DNA from: the human T2T-CHM13v2.0 reference genome, Homo sapiens
NCBI RefSeq assembly: GCF_009914755.1
Contig: NC_060930.1
Length of the DNA stretch: 64,000 nt
Strand: one strand, 5' to 3'
The first letter of the stretch is position 1. Every line of letters starts with the position of its first letter. The position numbers and the translations under genes are program-made. This document shows, piece by piece, positions 30,464 to 45,430 of the stretch. Under the pieces are notes generated by a model, which worked only from the letters and a program-made list of their open reading frames with translations, searched no databases and had not been told where the DNA came from.

Positions 30464-33400
30464 TAGTTGCATCGCAAGATAGACACAACATAGGGGCACA
30501 AACACTATATTCACAATGACAGCTAAGTCCATGGTACATTGACTCTGGGCTTTAATGCAGGAACCAACCTTAGAACTGATGAGGAGGAGAGAATGATTGA
30601 GTGTATAATGAATTCTCAGACTGAGAACTATGTAGCAAAGGTTTTCCCCCACACTGTACAACAAAGCCACCTGCAGGCTTTAGCAGACTTGAATCTATTT
30701 GATGTTTCTTCTAAAAACTCAAGCCCTGATACCACATTTGAAATTTAGCAGGACCAAGCCTTGCATGGATGTTTTCCCCTTCCAAATGAAGCCCCTGCCC
30801 AGTTATTATTTCTCTTTCCACATTTATTTGTATTATGTTGTATTGTATTGCTTCAAATCATTTCAAAATGTTTTTAATGCAATATGCTTCAGAAAAAAAA
30901 TAGCTCTGAATTCATATGTAATCCTCATGGCATGTTCTTGACATTGACTGTAAAATTCCAAAGCACCTAATTTATTTGATTGATTGATTTTTCAGTGTTT
31001 TAAAGGATACCAAGCCCAACAGCATATAATTTTTTTCTTATCAAATGGAATGTAAATGAATAAAAGATAATTGCTTTTTTTGTATTCAGTCTTTTTGTCT
31101 TCATAAAGTTTTTTTCTCCCTACAGTTCTAAGGTGAATGAAAAAGCATTCTTTTCTTTATATAGCAATAACAACTCACCCTATTATTCCTCATTAAGGTT
31201 CATATGAAGGCCCAGCTCAGAGATCTCATGTTGTGTCACCTCCACCAGAATGCTGCCTTGCTCTGGTACAAACAGACCATGATGTCAGCAAACATGGCAC
31301 AGCCAAGAGACTAGGGCTTACTTTGGACCTTTCCTATTTGGTGAAGAGAAGCACCTGCCTTCATGGCTCTTTTCTGTTTGGAAGATGCAGTTCTTTCTCT
31401 TGAAGTTTGCAGGCCTAAGCACAATGCAAAGAGATTAGGTTTTATTTTTCCAAGGAAACAGGTGGATATAGCCCATAACTTAGATAAATTCCTGTATATA
31501 ATGGCCTTGAAGAAGCAATTCTTTTCTTATCTTCTCTCCTCCCATTTCTATCCGTTTTCAACTTGGTTAACAGTATGGGGCTGGCCAAAATTGCATTCCC
31601 TTATCTTGCTGACCACTGCAATTCCTCTTTGTAATTCCAGCAGCAGGGTATCAAGTGGTTATAAAGAGGCTAGGAGGCTGAAGGACAGGAAAGAGTATTG
31701 CTAAAAACCCACTTCACCAACACTAGCATATTCACGACCTACTGCTTACAAGGTACAAAACCCTCCTTTCCATAGCTCTGGAATCCATAACCTAAGAAGG
31801 AAGTTGGACAAAATTAGATTTAATTTTAAGAACACTTTCTAAAGATGATAATAAACTCTGCTTACATCTTTGAAATCTGGAAAGTACTTCAACCAATTAT
31901 TTGCAGTTTTTATTGTGTTAGTCTGTTTGGGGGAGAAGGATGATTGGTGTAGGCAAAATAATTCTTCCTCTAAATCTATTTCAGACTTCAAATCTGATTA
32001 TAAGTGCCCTCTTAAATTTGGCTTGTCACATATGCAAAACAAACCAAAATGTGAATTTTTTATTCCAAGAATAGTAAGTTGGCTTGTTTTCATTTCTCTA
32101 AATCCAATAAAAAAGCACACTAGGGTGAGATTAAGGGAAATGATCCTGTTATTTGTTTTGCCATAGGCCTTTGTGGGGTTCTACAAGGAAAATAAATCAA
32201 TTACCAAACTATAGATTGAGTACCTACACTGTGCAATATGAGACCACTAATCTTACGGGCTCTCTCATTTTCTGCAAGATTAACCTTCAAGCTCCAGCAC
32301 TTCCATAGGATCTTTATGCAGATTAATCAGTGACCTCTAGTTATGTGACAAGACTGTATTAATGTAGCGTTCCCCAAGTATATAACATCACAACTATGGG
32401 AAAACACAGCTGCAAGAATGGGTCTGGCTGTGTTAGGTTTGACCCAACACTAAAAGCTAGAAGTACTTTGTCAGTAATCATGTCAAAACAATAAAAGTAG
32501 ACTATATCTGAGAAAGCATCTGGCTAATGTGCTTGTGGTGTGGTGAACTGGACATAAAGTGAGGACATCTTCTTGGAGGGAAGAGCACTACTCATAGTGC
32601 GCTCACTATTTCCAGTGTTTATAAGTATCAGTACAATGAAGCATATTTCTCAGAGTGTCTCTCCAAATTACATTGGAAATCATTTTCTAATGATCTCTCT
32701 CGCTCCAGCTTTATGAAAAAAAAACTGAATGAATAGAGTTGTTAGGAAAATTTCTAGTGTTGGGTTTAAAGACTTGTTGAAGAAAGGTATTAATAGTTTA
32801 TCATTGGAGTTAATGATTTGCACCTGAACTGCACAGCTCCCTTATTTTGCCTTTGTATTTAAAGAGTCAGGCACCCCCAGACTGGAGAGCAGGATCCAGT
32901 GCAATGGTGACGTCTTGGAAGTAAGAATGTGAGAATCTGTTTATTTAGACAAACTTCCTTTACATCAACTCATGATGAAAAGATGATCCAAAGCCATAAA
33001 TGTCAAGGAGTAAAAATCAAGGAAAAAAATTTACGAGTTTGGGAGAAAGGCACAGTACAAAAGAGCTTGGCTCCTTTAATCACCACCCTTACCCACAAGC
33101 ACTACACTGGCAAGTCAACTCAAACCTCAGCTTTCTCACCAATACTCCCAAACCAGACAGATTCTCTTTTGAGAAGATACCCTTATCTGTGACTTCCTTC
33201 CTCCTCCCAGGAAGTGGTGACAACAGCTCTTAGGGAAAAACAAGTAAAAGTGGGAAGGAGTCAAGGGATTGACTCTTTCAGAAGGATGTCAAAGCTCAGG
33301 GCCTCACGTCAATCCATGTGAGCTATCTCAACCCTGTGGATATCCCACTGTGTGAATGGGTGCACCTCTCAATTAGTTGGGGTGAACCTTGTTATTGAAC

Positions 33401-33499
33401 ATTTACGAGATCCTTATAAGTAACCAAGTATTCTAAGATAGACTGCAAATTAACTCAGATTTCTTCACATTATGTAATTCCCTATGAATGTTTTATACT

Positions 33500-34900
33500 A
33501 TTTTAAAAGCTTTAATTTGTGTTAAAGAACACAAATTTAATAAATCCAGAATCAAAAGGAAGGGAGGTTACAGGCCTAAGAAAACAAAATGAGGACATAA
33601 ATAATATCATTGGAGAATACATTGGAAACAACACACAGCATACACAATTGATAATTACAAAGAGAAAATGGTTTGGGATAAGCCCAGTGAAAGCTCATGA
33701 AAAAATATAGAGATTAAAGCAACAGAGAAAAACTAATAGAAATGGAAGACAGATGAATGATCCTACATATAGGCTGGACACGGTGGCTCACGCCTGTAAT
33801 CCCAGCACTTTGGGAGGCTGAGGCAGGCAGATCACTTGAGGCCGGGAGTTCAAGAACAGCCTGGGCAATATGGTGAAACCCTATCTCTACTAAAAATGCA
33901 AAAATTAGCCAGGCGTGGTGGCACATGCCTATAATCTCAGCTAATTTGGAGTCTGAGACATGAGAATCTCTTGAGCCCTGGAGGCAGAGGTTGCAGTAAG
34001 TTAAGATTGTACCACTTCACTCCAGCCTAGGCAGTACAGAAAGACTCTGTCTTAAAAAAAAAAAAGAAAAAAAAAAGAAACAATGAGCCTACATATAGAT
34101 ATTGGGCAGTCGTAAATTTAAAAATTTAGCAACTTAAGAAGATAAAGCAATTAAAAGTATTCAAAAATTTCCTTAAAATGAAAAAATACTACATTTGCAA
34201 ATTGACAGAGCACACTATATATTAAGCACACTATACATCAAAACACATCTTGGTGTATGAAACTTACAGGAAAAATAAAGAATACCCTTGAAATCCTAAC
34301 ACAAAAATTAAGTAGCTTCCAAGAGAGAAGAAAAAAGTAATCTCAGCCACACTGAATGATGGGAGTCAGAGGTTTATGAACAAATCTCTAAATGAAGAAA
34401 ATTGTGGCAGAGAAAATTAAGTTCCACAATGATGTAATTCTAGTCTGAAGGCGATAGGCAGATACTTTAAAATGTTATGGAAACTCATGAATTACAACCG
34501 CACAGCCCATTTTTGATATGCTGATTGTCGAGTTAGAAAAAATGAAAAACTAAAATCAAACAAGTTGTGAAATTAAGAGTACAAGAATATAGCAGATACA
34601 ATTTGAGGGTTGCATGCATGGATTAATCTTAAGTAGAGAATTAACACTAAAAATGAGTGCAGTTTATCATGAAATAGAATGTAAATAGAAGAAACTTTGA
34701 CATAAAACACATAATTAACAAATTAACAGCATAAAACAAAACAAATAATTAACAAAACCAGGAAGCAAGAAGAGAGGAAAATGGGGAGAATGGTAGAAAT
34801 GTTAATATTCTCATCGTTACAGCAGCAGGTCAATCTGTACAGTGTCAAGTGAAAACAGATTGATTAAAAACAGTATTGACTCCAGTCTCTCACAATTTTT
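33500..34900 (+). mobile_element. Old L1-related (HAL1/L1M-like) ORF1 relic, interrupted by an Alu
   Basis: A-rich; gaaatggaagacag..., tttgcaaattgacagagcacact, aacacatcttggtg are ORF1-like; boundaries approximate. Confidence 0.45.
33772..34081 (+). mobile_element. Alu (old S/J class)
   Basis: Dimeric Alu; TSD aatga(t/g)cctacatata at 33756-33771 and 34082-34097. Confidence 0.94.
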
Positions 34901-35762
34901 CATAAATTTTTCTAAACTAAAATTATTCTTTAAGAAACGGTAAATCCATGATCTAGGATAATGAAGGAGAATTTGAGCATGCTTTTAAATTCACATCAAT
35001 TTATCTTTCTTCTATAATTAAATCCTAATAAAATTAAATATAATACTATACTTACTATACAGTATTTTATTTTTCTATTTAACTTTAATCTTAAGTTCAG
35101 GGGTATATGTGCAGGTTTGTTATATAGGTAAACTTGTGTCATAGGGGTTTGTTGTAAAGATTATTTCATCACTCACGTGGTAAGTCTAATATCCACCAGT
35201 TATTTTTCCTGACTGTCTCCCTCCTCCCAACCCCTACCCTCATGTAGGCCCCAGTGTGTGTTGTTCCCTTCTATGTGTCCTTGTGTTCTCATCGTTTAGC
35301 TCCCACTTACAAGTGAAAACATGTGGTATTTGGTTTTCTGTTCCTGTGTTAGTTTGCTAAGGATAATGGCCTCCAGCTCCATCCATGTTACTGCAAAGGA
35401 CATGATCTTTTTTATGGCTGCATAGTATTTCATGGAGTATATGTACCATATTTTCTTTATCAAGTCTACCATTGATGGGCATTTAGATTGATTTCATGTC
35501 TTTGCTATTGTGAATAGTGCTGCAGTGAACGTATGTGTGCACGTGTCTTTATACTAGAATGATTTATATTCCTTTGGGTGTATACCAAGTAATGGGATTG
35601 CGGAGTCAAATGGTATTTCTGTTTTAGGTCTCTGAGGAACTGCCATACTGTCTTCCACAATGACTGGACTAATTTAGACTCTTACCAACAGTGTATAAAA
35701 GTTTTAATCTACAACCTTGCCACATCTGTTATTTTTTCACTTTTTAAATAACAGTCATTCTG

Positions 35763-36072
<310 letters not shown>

Positions 36073-38480
36073 AGTCATTCTGACTGGTGTCAGAGGTATC
36101 TCCATGTGGTTTTGATGATTTGCATTGCTCTAATGATCAGTGATGTTGAGTTTTTTTTCATGATTGTTGGCCCCATATATGTCTTCTTTTGAGAAGTGTC
36201 TGTTCATGTCCTTTGCCTACTTTTTAATGGGGTTGTTTTTGTAAATCTGTTTAAATTCTTTATAGATACTGGATATTAGACCTTTGTCAGATGCATAATT
36301 TGCAAAATTTTTCTCTCATTCTGTAGTTTGCCTGTTCATTCTGTTGACAGTTCCCTTTGCTGTACAGCAGCTCTTTAGTTTAATTAGATCCCATTTGTCA
36401 ATTTTTGCCTGTGTTGGAGTTGCTTTTGGTTTCTTGATCATGAAATCTTTGCCTATTCCTATGTTCAGAATGGTATTGTCTAGGTTGTTTTCCAGGATTT
36501 TTATAGCTGTGGGTTTTACATTTAAGTCTTTATAATCCACCTTGAATTAATTTTAGTATATGTTGTAAGAAAAGGAGTCCAGTTGCAATCTTCTGTATAT
36601 GGCTAGCCAGTTATCCTAGCACCATTTATTGAATAGGGAATCCTTCCCCATTGCTTGTTTTTGTCACGTTTGTTGAAGATCAGATAGTTGTAAGTGTGCA
36701 GCATTATTTCTGGGTTCTCTAGTCTGTTCCATTGGTCTATGTGTCTGCTTTTGCTCCAGTACCATGCTGCTTTGATTACTGTAGCCCTGTAATATAGTTT
36801 GAGGCTGGGTATCATGATGCTTCCAGCTTTGCTCTTTTTGCTTAGAATTGCCCTGGATATTTGGACTCTTTTTTGGTTCTATAAGAATTTTGAAACTGTT
36901 TTTTCTAGTTTTCCTTGGTTAGCTGTATTCCTTAGTATTTTTTTAGGGGACAATTGTGACTGTGATTGTGTTCCTGATCTGGCTCATGGCTTGACTATTG
37001 TTAGTGTATAGGAATGCCAGTGTCCTGCACATTGATTTTGCATCCTGAGACTTTGCTGAAGTTGTTTATCAGCTTAAGGAGCTTTTGGGCTAAGACTATG
37101 GGATTTTCTACATATAGGATCACACCATCTGCAAAGAGGGATCATTTGACTTCCTTTCTTCCTACCTGGATGCCCTTTCTTTCTTTCTGTTGCCTGATTT
37201 CCCTGGCCAGGACTTCCAATACTAGGTTGAATAGGAGTGGTGAGAGAGGGCATCCTTGTCTTGTGCCAGTTTTCAAAGGGAATGCTTCCAGCTTTTGCCC
37301 ATTCCATATGATATTGGCTGTGGGTTTGTCATAGATGGCTCTGATTATTTTGAGATATGTTCCTTTAATATCTAGTTTATTGAGAAATTTTAACATAAAG
37401 CAGTTTTGAGTTTTATTGAAAGCCTTTTCTGCGTCTATTGAAATAATCATCTGGTGTCTTTAGTTCTGTTTACATGTTGAATCATATTTATTAAGGGGGA
37501 TATTTTGAACCAACCTTACAACCCAGGGATAAAGCCTACTTGATCATGGTAGATAAGCTTTTTGATGTGCTACTGAATTCAGTCTGTGAATATTTTGTTA
37601 AGAATTTTTGCACTGATGTCCCTCAAGGATATCAACCTGTAGTTTTATTTTTTTGTTGTGTCTCTGCCAGGTTTTGGTATCAGGATGATGCTGGCCTCAT
37701 AGAATCAGGTAGGGAGGAGTTCTTCCTCCTCACTTTTTTGGAATAGTTTCAGCAGGAATGGTACCAGCTCTTCTTTGTACATCTGGTGGAATTTGGCTAT
37801 GAATCCATCTGGTCCAGGGCATTTTTTATTGGCAGGTTATTTACTACTGACTCAATTTCAGAGCTCATTATTGGTATCTTCAGGGATTAAATTTCTTCCT
37901 GGTTCAGTCTTGGGAGGGTGTGTATGTCCAGGAATTTATCAATTTCTTGTAGATTTTCTAGTTTATGTACATAGAGGTGTTTATAATATTATGTGATGGT
38001 TGTTTTCTATTTCTGTGAGGTCAGTGATAATATCCTCTTTATCAGTTCTGATTGTGTTTATTTGAAAATCTTGTATTTCCTTCTTTTTCAGTCTAGCTAG
38101 TGGTCTATCTATTTTAGTAATTTTTTTTAAAAGAACAGCTTCTGCATTTCTTGATCTCTTGAATAGTGTTTTGATTCTCAATCTCCTTCAGTTTAGCTTT
38201 AATTTTGATTATTTCTCGTCTTTTGCTAGCTTTGGGATCTGTTTGCTCTTGGTTGTGTAGTTCTTTTAGTTGTGATATTAGGTTGTTAACTTGGGATCTT
38301 TCTAACTTTCTGATGTGGGCATTTAGTGCTATAAATTTCCCTCTTAACACTGACTTAGCTGTCTCCCAGAGATTCTCATATGCTGTATCTTTGTTGCCCT
38401 TAATTTCAAAGAACTTCTTGATTTCCACCTTTATTTTATTATTTACCCAAAAATTATTCAGGAGCAGCTTGTTCGATTTC

Positions 38481-40628
38481 TGTATTAGTCCATTTTCATG
38501 CTGCTCATAAAGACATACCCAAGACTGGGTAATTTATAAAGAAAAAGAGGTTTCATGGACTCACAGTTCCACACGGCTGGGGAGGCCTTAGAATCATGGC
38601 AGAAGGTGAAAGGTACATCTTACATGGTGGCAGGCAAGACAGTATGCGAGCCAAGTGAAAGGGGAAACCCCTTATAAAACCATCAGATCTCACGAGACTT
38701 ATTCACTACCACGATAACAATATGTGGGAAACCACTCCCATGATTTAATTATCTCCCACCAGGTCCCTCCCATAACATGTGGGAATTATGTGGGCTACAA
38801 TTCAAGATGAGATTTGGGTGGGAACACAGCCAAATCATATCATTCCACCCCCTTGCCCCTCCCAAATCTCATGTCCTCACATGTCAAAACCAATCATGCC
38901 TTCCCAACAGTTCTCCAAATCTTAACTCATTTCAGCATTAACTCAAAAGTCCACAGTCCAAAGTCTCATCTGAGACAAGGCAAGTGCCTTCCGCCTATGA
39001 GCCTGTAAAATCAAAAGCAAGTTAGTTACTTCCTAAATACAATGGAGGTACAGGCATTGGATAAATACTCCCATTTCAAATGGGAGAAATTGGCCAAAAT
39101 GAAGGGGCTAAAGGCCCCATGCAAGTCCGAAATTCAATGAGGCAATCAAATGTTAAAGTTCCAAAGTGATCTCCTTTGGCTCTGTGTCTCACATACAGGT
39201 TATGGTTACTGCAAGATGTGGAACCTCATGATCTTGGGCAGCTCTGCCCCTGTAACTTTGCAAGGTACAGCCTCCCTCCTGGCTGCTTTCATAGACTGGT
39301 GTTAGGTGTCTGCAGCTTTTCCAGGCACATGGTTCAAGCTGTTGGTGGATCTACCATTTTGGGGGCTGGAGGATAGTAGCCCTCTTCTCACAGCTCCACT
39401 ATGCAGTCCCCCAGTGGGGACTCTGCGTGGGGGCTTCAACCCCACATGTCCCTTCTGCACTGCCCTAGGAGAGGTTATCTTTAATGGTCCTACCCCTGTA
39501 GCAAAATTCTGCCTGGACATCCAGGTATTTTCATACATCCTCTAAAATCTAGGTGGAGGTTTCCAAACCTCAATTCTTGATTTCTGTGCACCCACAGGCT
39601 CAACACCACCTGGAAGCTCCCAAGGCTTTGGGCTTGCACCCTCTGAAGCCATGGCCCATTTTTCCCTCCTATGCCTCTGGGCCCATGATGGGAAGGGCGG
39701 CCATGAAGGCCTCTGACATGCCCTGGAGACATTTTCCCCATTGTCTTGACAATTAATATTTGGCTTCTCATTACTTACACAAATTCCTGCAGCCAGCTTG
39801 AATTTCTCCCCAGAATATGGGGTTTTCTTTCCTATCACATCATTGGGCTGCAAATTTTTCAAACATTTTATGCTCTGCTTCCTCTTGCTCACTTGGCTGC
39901 TGAGAAATTTCTCCCACCAGATACCCTAAATCATTTCTCTCAAGTTCAAAATTCCACAGATCTCTAGGGCAGGGGCAAAATGTCACCAGTCTCTTTATAT
40001 AGCAAGACTGACCTTTACTCCAGTTCCCAACAAGTTCCTCATACCTATCTGAGACTACCTCAGCCTGAATCTTGTTGTCCATATCACTATCAGCATTTTG
40101 GTCAAAGCCACTCAACAAGTCTAGGAAGTTCCAAACTTTTCCACATTTTTCTATCTTCTGAGCCCTCCAAACTGTTCCAACCTCTGTCTGTTATCCAGTT
40201 CCAAAGTCACTTCTACATTTTTGTGTATCTTTGCAGCAATGCCCCACTCTGCTGGTACCAATTTACTGTATTAGTCTGTTTTCACACTGCTGATAAAGGC
40301 ATACATGAGACTGAGTAATTTATAAAGAAAAAGAGGTTTAATGAACTCAGAGTTCCACATGGCTGGGGAGGCATTACAATCATGGCAGAAGGTGAAAAGC
40401 ATGTATTACATGGTGGCAGGCAAGAGAGAATGAGAGCCAAGTGAAAGGGGGAACCCCTTATATAACCACCAGATCTCATTTAAGTTATTCACTATTATGA
40501 GAACAGTATGGAGGAAACCATCCCCATGATTCAATTATTTCCCACCAGGTCCCTTCCACAACATGTGGGAATTATGGGAGCTACAATTCAAAATGAGATT
40601 TGGGTGGGGACACAGCCAAACCATATTG
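38481..40628 (-). mobile_element. THE1B-like MaLR element with both LTRs: 3' LTR 38481-38842, internal region 38843-40266, 5' LTR 40267-40628
   Basis: Two 362-bp LTRs tgtattagtc...cacagccaaa(t/c)catat; THE1 internal sequence; 5-bp TSD ATTTC at 38476-38480 and 40629-40633, interrupting L1 ORF2. Confidence 0.95.
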
Positions 40629-43600
40629 ATTTCCATGTAATCGTATGGCTAGGAGTGAATTTATTAGACTTGATTTCTAATTTCATTGCACTGTTGTCTG
40701 AGAAATTGTTTGTTATGATGTCAGTTATTTTGCATTTGCTAAGGAGTGTTTTAAATTTAATTATGTGATCAAATTTAAAGTATGTGCCATGTGGTGATGA
40801 GAAGAATGTATATTCTGTTGTTTTTGGGTGGAGAGTTTAGTAGATGTCTATCAAGTCTATTTGATTCAGTGCTGAGTTCAGGCCCTGAATATCTTTGTCA
40901 ATTTTCTGTCTTAATGATTTGTCTAAAATTGTCAGTGGGGTGTTAAAGTCTCCTACTAGTATTACAGAGCAGTCTAAGTCTCTTTGAAGGTCTCTAAGAA
41001 CTTGCTTTATGAATCTGAGTGCTCCTGTGTTGGGTGCATATATATTTAGGATAGTTAGGCCTTCCTGAATTGAACCCTTTACCATTATGTAATGCCCTTC
41101 TTTGTCTTTTTTTATCTTTGTTGGTTTGAAGTCTGTTTTGTCTGAAACTAGAATTGCAACCCCTGCTTTTTTCTGTTTTCCATTTATTTGGTAGATTTTT
41201 CTCCATCTCTTTATTTTGAACCTATGTGTGTCATTGCATGTGAGATGAATCTCTTGAAGACAGCATATGAATGGGTCTTGGTTCTTTATCCAACATGCGA
41301 CTTTATGTCTCTTATCGGGTCATGTAGCCTATTTACATTCAAGGTTAGTACTGACATGTATGGATTTGATCCTGTCATTATGATATTAGCTGGATATTTT
41401 TCACAGTTGTTTAGTGATTACTTCATAGTGTCACTCGTCTGTGTACTTTGCTGTGTTTTTGTAGTGGCCAGTGATGAATGGTCTTTCCTTTCCATATTTA
41501 GTTCTTCCTTCAGGAACTTTCATAAGGCAGGTCTGGTGGTAACATATTCCCTCAGCATTTGCTTGTCTGAAAAAGATCTTATTTCTCCTTCACTTATGAG
41601 GCTTAGTTTGGCAAGATATGAAATTCTGTGTTGGAAATTCTTTTCTTTAAGAATATTGAATGTTGGCCCCTGATCTCTTTGGCTTGTAGGGTTTCTACTG
41701 AGAGTTCCACTGTTAGTCTGATGGGCTTCCCTTTGTAGGTGACTTGACCTTTCTCTCAAGCTGCCTTTAACATTTTTTATTTCACTTCAACCTTGGAGAA
41801 TCTGATGATGATGTGTCTTGGGGATAATCTTCTCATGAGTATCTTACTAGGTTTCTCTGTATTTTCTGAATTTGAATGTTGGCCTCTCTAGCTAGATTGG
41901 AGAAGTTCTCATGGGTGATATCCTGAAATATGTTTTCCAAGTTGGTTCCATTCTCCCTAACTCTTTCAGGGACACCAGTGAGTTGTAGATTTGGTCTCTT
42001 TACAAAATCCTATATTTCTCAGAGGTTTTATTTTTTCCTTTTCATTCTTGTTTCCCTGTTTTTGTCTGGCAGTCTTATTTCAGAAAGGCAGTCTTCAAGC
42101 TCTGAGATTCTTTCCTCCATTTGGTCTATTGTGCTATTAATACTTGTGAATGCATTTTAAACTTCTTGTAGTGTGTTTTTCAGCTCTGTCCTGTCAGTTA
42201 TGTTCTTTTCTATACTGTCTATTTTGTCTGTCAGCTCATGCATTGTTTTATCATAATTTTTAGCTTGCTTGGATTGGTTTTTAGCTGGCTTGGATTGAGT
42301 ACTTCTGTAGCTCAATTGCTCCTCTCCATATTCTGAATTCTATTTTCAGCCATCTCAACCTGGTTTAGAACCCTTGCTGGAGAGGTAATGTGGTCATCTG
42401 AAAGAAAGAGGGCACTCTGGCTTTTTGAGTTGTCAGGGTTCTTGCACTGATTCTTTCTTATGTTTATGAGTGTATCTACCTTCAATCTTTGAGGATGCTG
42501 ACCTTTGGAATTTTTTCTTTTATCTTATTTGATGACCTTCAGGGTTTGATTATGGTATAAAGTGGATTCTGCCAAATGGCTTTTTTTCTGGAAGATTTTA
42601 GGGGGCCAACACGCAGCTCCCAACTTCTGGACTGCAAGTTCTAAATCTGAGGGACTTGTATTTGGCCATGACTTTGTCCTCTGGCTCCTTGAGGTTAGAA
42701 ATCCACTGTGCTGGCAGGCCCAAGGTGCTTCTGGGCCACTGGTCACTACACTCCCATAGGGCAGTGTCAGACAAAGCATTTTGTAGTGCGGTGACAGTGG
42801 AATTCATCCTCACAGCATCAGCTGCGGTAGACTGCTAGTGGGTGCCAGGGTACCTGCCTCCCTGCAGGCATTCACCACAGTGGTGGAGGCCACTCAGCTA
42901 GGTGGGGGTTGAGGGAGCTCCTCCTGGTGACTGTGCGCATGGTCATGCTGGAGGTGGTGTTGGCTTGTAGGCAGGACACTGGTGAGTGCAGGTCTGGGTG
43001 CTTTTTCTGTGCCCCACAAGCAGGAGTGGTTGCTTGGGGGCGGTGGAGGATCTGCTGTTCTCTGCACAGTGTTAGCACAAGGGCAGAGCACTGGCTGGGG
43101 CAAGGCTGGCCGGCTCTGTGCCTGTCAAGGCTTTGTCAGCAATGGCAGTCGGCAGAGAGAGGTGGGGCAGACTTCATTACCGCTTGCTGTCAGGGCAAAG
43201 AATGCAAAACTTGCCTGCAGACATGCTCCAGCAAAGCAATGTGGAAAGTTTCCTTGGTCCCAGGAAGAAGCTGCAGTATGGACAGGGGGCATGTGGGCTG
43301 GTGCGCGGTTGCAAGGGCCGCCCCACTGGAGCTCTCCACCAGTCAAGCATGGTCTGCCAGAGTGGAAGCTATGGTGTAAGTTCCCAGGGTATCCAAAACT
43401 GTCCTCCAAGCATGCATAGCCAGGCTGGGGACCTGGGAGAAGCCAGCGGACCAAAGGGTGCTCAGGTTGGACTGGCCCCTCTCTGCTGGGCAAGAACAAA
43501 GAGTTCAGGTCCAACAGATTCCCTAGGGCTAAAGTCTCCTGTGGGACCAAGTTGAGCCTAGGGAGATGGCCATCTCTGGCCATGCTCTGCTATAGATGCT

Positions 43601-43959
43601 CCATCACCGAATCTCTGGGCTTCATGTCAGCTGGCTTGCTGCCCCTACCACTTTTCTAAGCAGCTGTCCATGCCAACAAGAGTATTTGTGGTGGTTGAGG
43701 GATCTCCTCCTGCCAGGGTTCCAGAGGACTCTGGCAGGAGCAGGTTGCTCCTTGCCGGTTCAACACACCCATTTCCCAGGAGCCACTGGGGGACAGGAAC
43801 AAGTCCCTGTGTGCAATAACCCCATGCAGGTTTGCCAGCTTTCTCCCATCAGCCCAGCTTCTGTGTCTTCCCTCCATCCACTCTCAGTGCCTTCTCTCTC
43901 AATACTTACTATATAATTTTTTTAAGTAACAAAATAGTACATTGATATTTTGTTGTCTT

Positions 43960-44640
43960 TGTTTCATTGGGTATAACTTACATACAGTAAAATTTGTTTT
44001 TAGGTAAATATAATTCTATGGGTTTGTCAAATAACATCATTTAATTATCACCACGATAAAGACATAAAATATTTCCATCACTCCAGAAATTTTTCTAAGG
44101 CCCCTTTGTAGTCAATCCTCACTCTAACCTGATCCTGCTGGAAAACCACTGAGAAGTTTTCTGTCCTTATAGCTTTGTCTTTTATTGGATGTCATATAAA
44201 CATAATTATATTGTGCATTTGAGTCTAATTTCCTTACTTAGCACTGTGCTTTTTTTGATATTCACCTGAGTTACCGCATGCACGTTTGATTTTTTGTTGT
44301 TGCAAAATATTATTCCATTGTATGGATATGCCATAATTTGTCTACCTATCCACTTACCATCTGAGGGACATTTGGGTTGCTTCCCGATTTTTGGCAATGA
44401 AAAAAGTTGCTGTGAACATTCACACATTGGTTTATGTGTAAACATCTATTTATTTCTACCTCTTTTTGATAAACACCTTTAAATGGGTTTTCTGGTTGTA
44501 CAATAAATGTGTATTGGTTAATTAACTCACTGAGAAACTGCTGAACTGTTTCTCAAGGTGTTTGTACAATTTTGTACAACATATCAGAATTCCAGTTGCT
44601 CTGCATCCTGGCCAACACTTGGTACTGTCACTTTTCAAAA
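43960..44640 (-). mobile_element. Old L1M (MB/MC/ME-type) 3' fragment
   Basis: tataacttacatacagtaaaa..., tattccattgtatggatatgcc, gggacatttgggttgcttcc. Confidence 0.8.
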
Positions 44641-44660
44641 ATAACATTTTTCAAAAATAT

Positions 44661-44972
44661 GCCCGGGCACGGTGGCTCATGCCTGTAATCCCAGCACTTT
44701 GGGAGGCTTAGGTGGGTGGATCACTTGAGCCCATAAGACTGGGACCAGTCTGGGCAACATGGCAAAACCCTGTCCATACAAATATTCAAAAAATTTAGCC
44801 AGGAGTGGTGGTACATGCCTGTAGTCCCAGCTACTTGGGAACCTGAGGTGGGAACATCATCTGAGCCCAGAAGGTCAAGGCTGCAGTGGGCTGTGATTGT
44901 GCCATGGGACTCTTGCCTGGGTGACAAAGTCAGACCTCATCTAAAAAAAAAAAAAAATAGAAAAGAAAAGAA
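44661..44972 (+). mobile_element. AluJ
   Basis: ggatcacttgagccc, aggtcaaggctgcagtg; A-rich tail. Confidence 0.92.
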
Positions 44973-44984
44973 AATTATACTCTG

Positions 44985-45430
44985 GTGCTTGCCCGCCAAC
45001 AATGGATTGGATAAAGCAAATGTGGTACATATATGCTATAGAATGCTACACAGCGGTAAAATAGAATGAAATTATGTCATTTCCAGCAATATGGATTCAG
45101 GTGGAGGCCATTATCCTAAGCAAATTAACACAGGAAGAAAAAAACCAAATATCACATGTTCTCACTTATAAGTGGGAGCTAAACATTGGGTACACATGAA
45201 CATAAAGATGAAAACAATAAACACCGGTGACTACACGGGTAGGGAATGGTGGAGACAGATGGGGACAGCGGCTGAAAAACTACCTATTGGGTGCTGTGCT
45301 CACTATGTGGGTGATGGGACCATTTGTACCCCAAACCCCAGTGTCACACAATATACTTATGTAACAAGCTTGTACATATATCTGCATAATTGAAAGTTGA
45401 AATTATTTTTAAAAAGAAACATAAAAAATA
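44985..45430 (+). mobile_element. L1PB (L1PB4-like) 3' end
   Basis: ggaggccattatcctaagcaaattaac...gggagctaaacattgggtacacatg...gaaaaactacctattggg. Confidence 0.85.

Noticed and set aside
30539-30748. Protein-like 69-aa ORF (NLRTDEEERMIECIMNSQ...)
   Set aside because: No ATG-anchored or splice-supported structure, no recognised homology, and the length is within chance expectation.
42525-43916. GC-rich block with many overlapping 100-150-aa ORFs, resembling a gene promoter or exon
   Set aside because: It is the 5' UTR of the minus-strand L1; GC richness lowers stop frequency, and CpGs are depleted.
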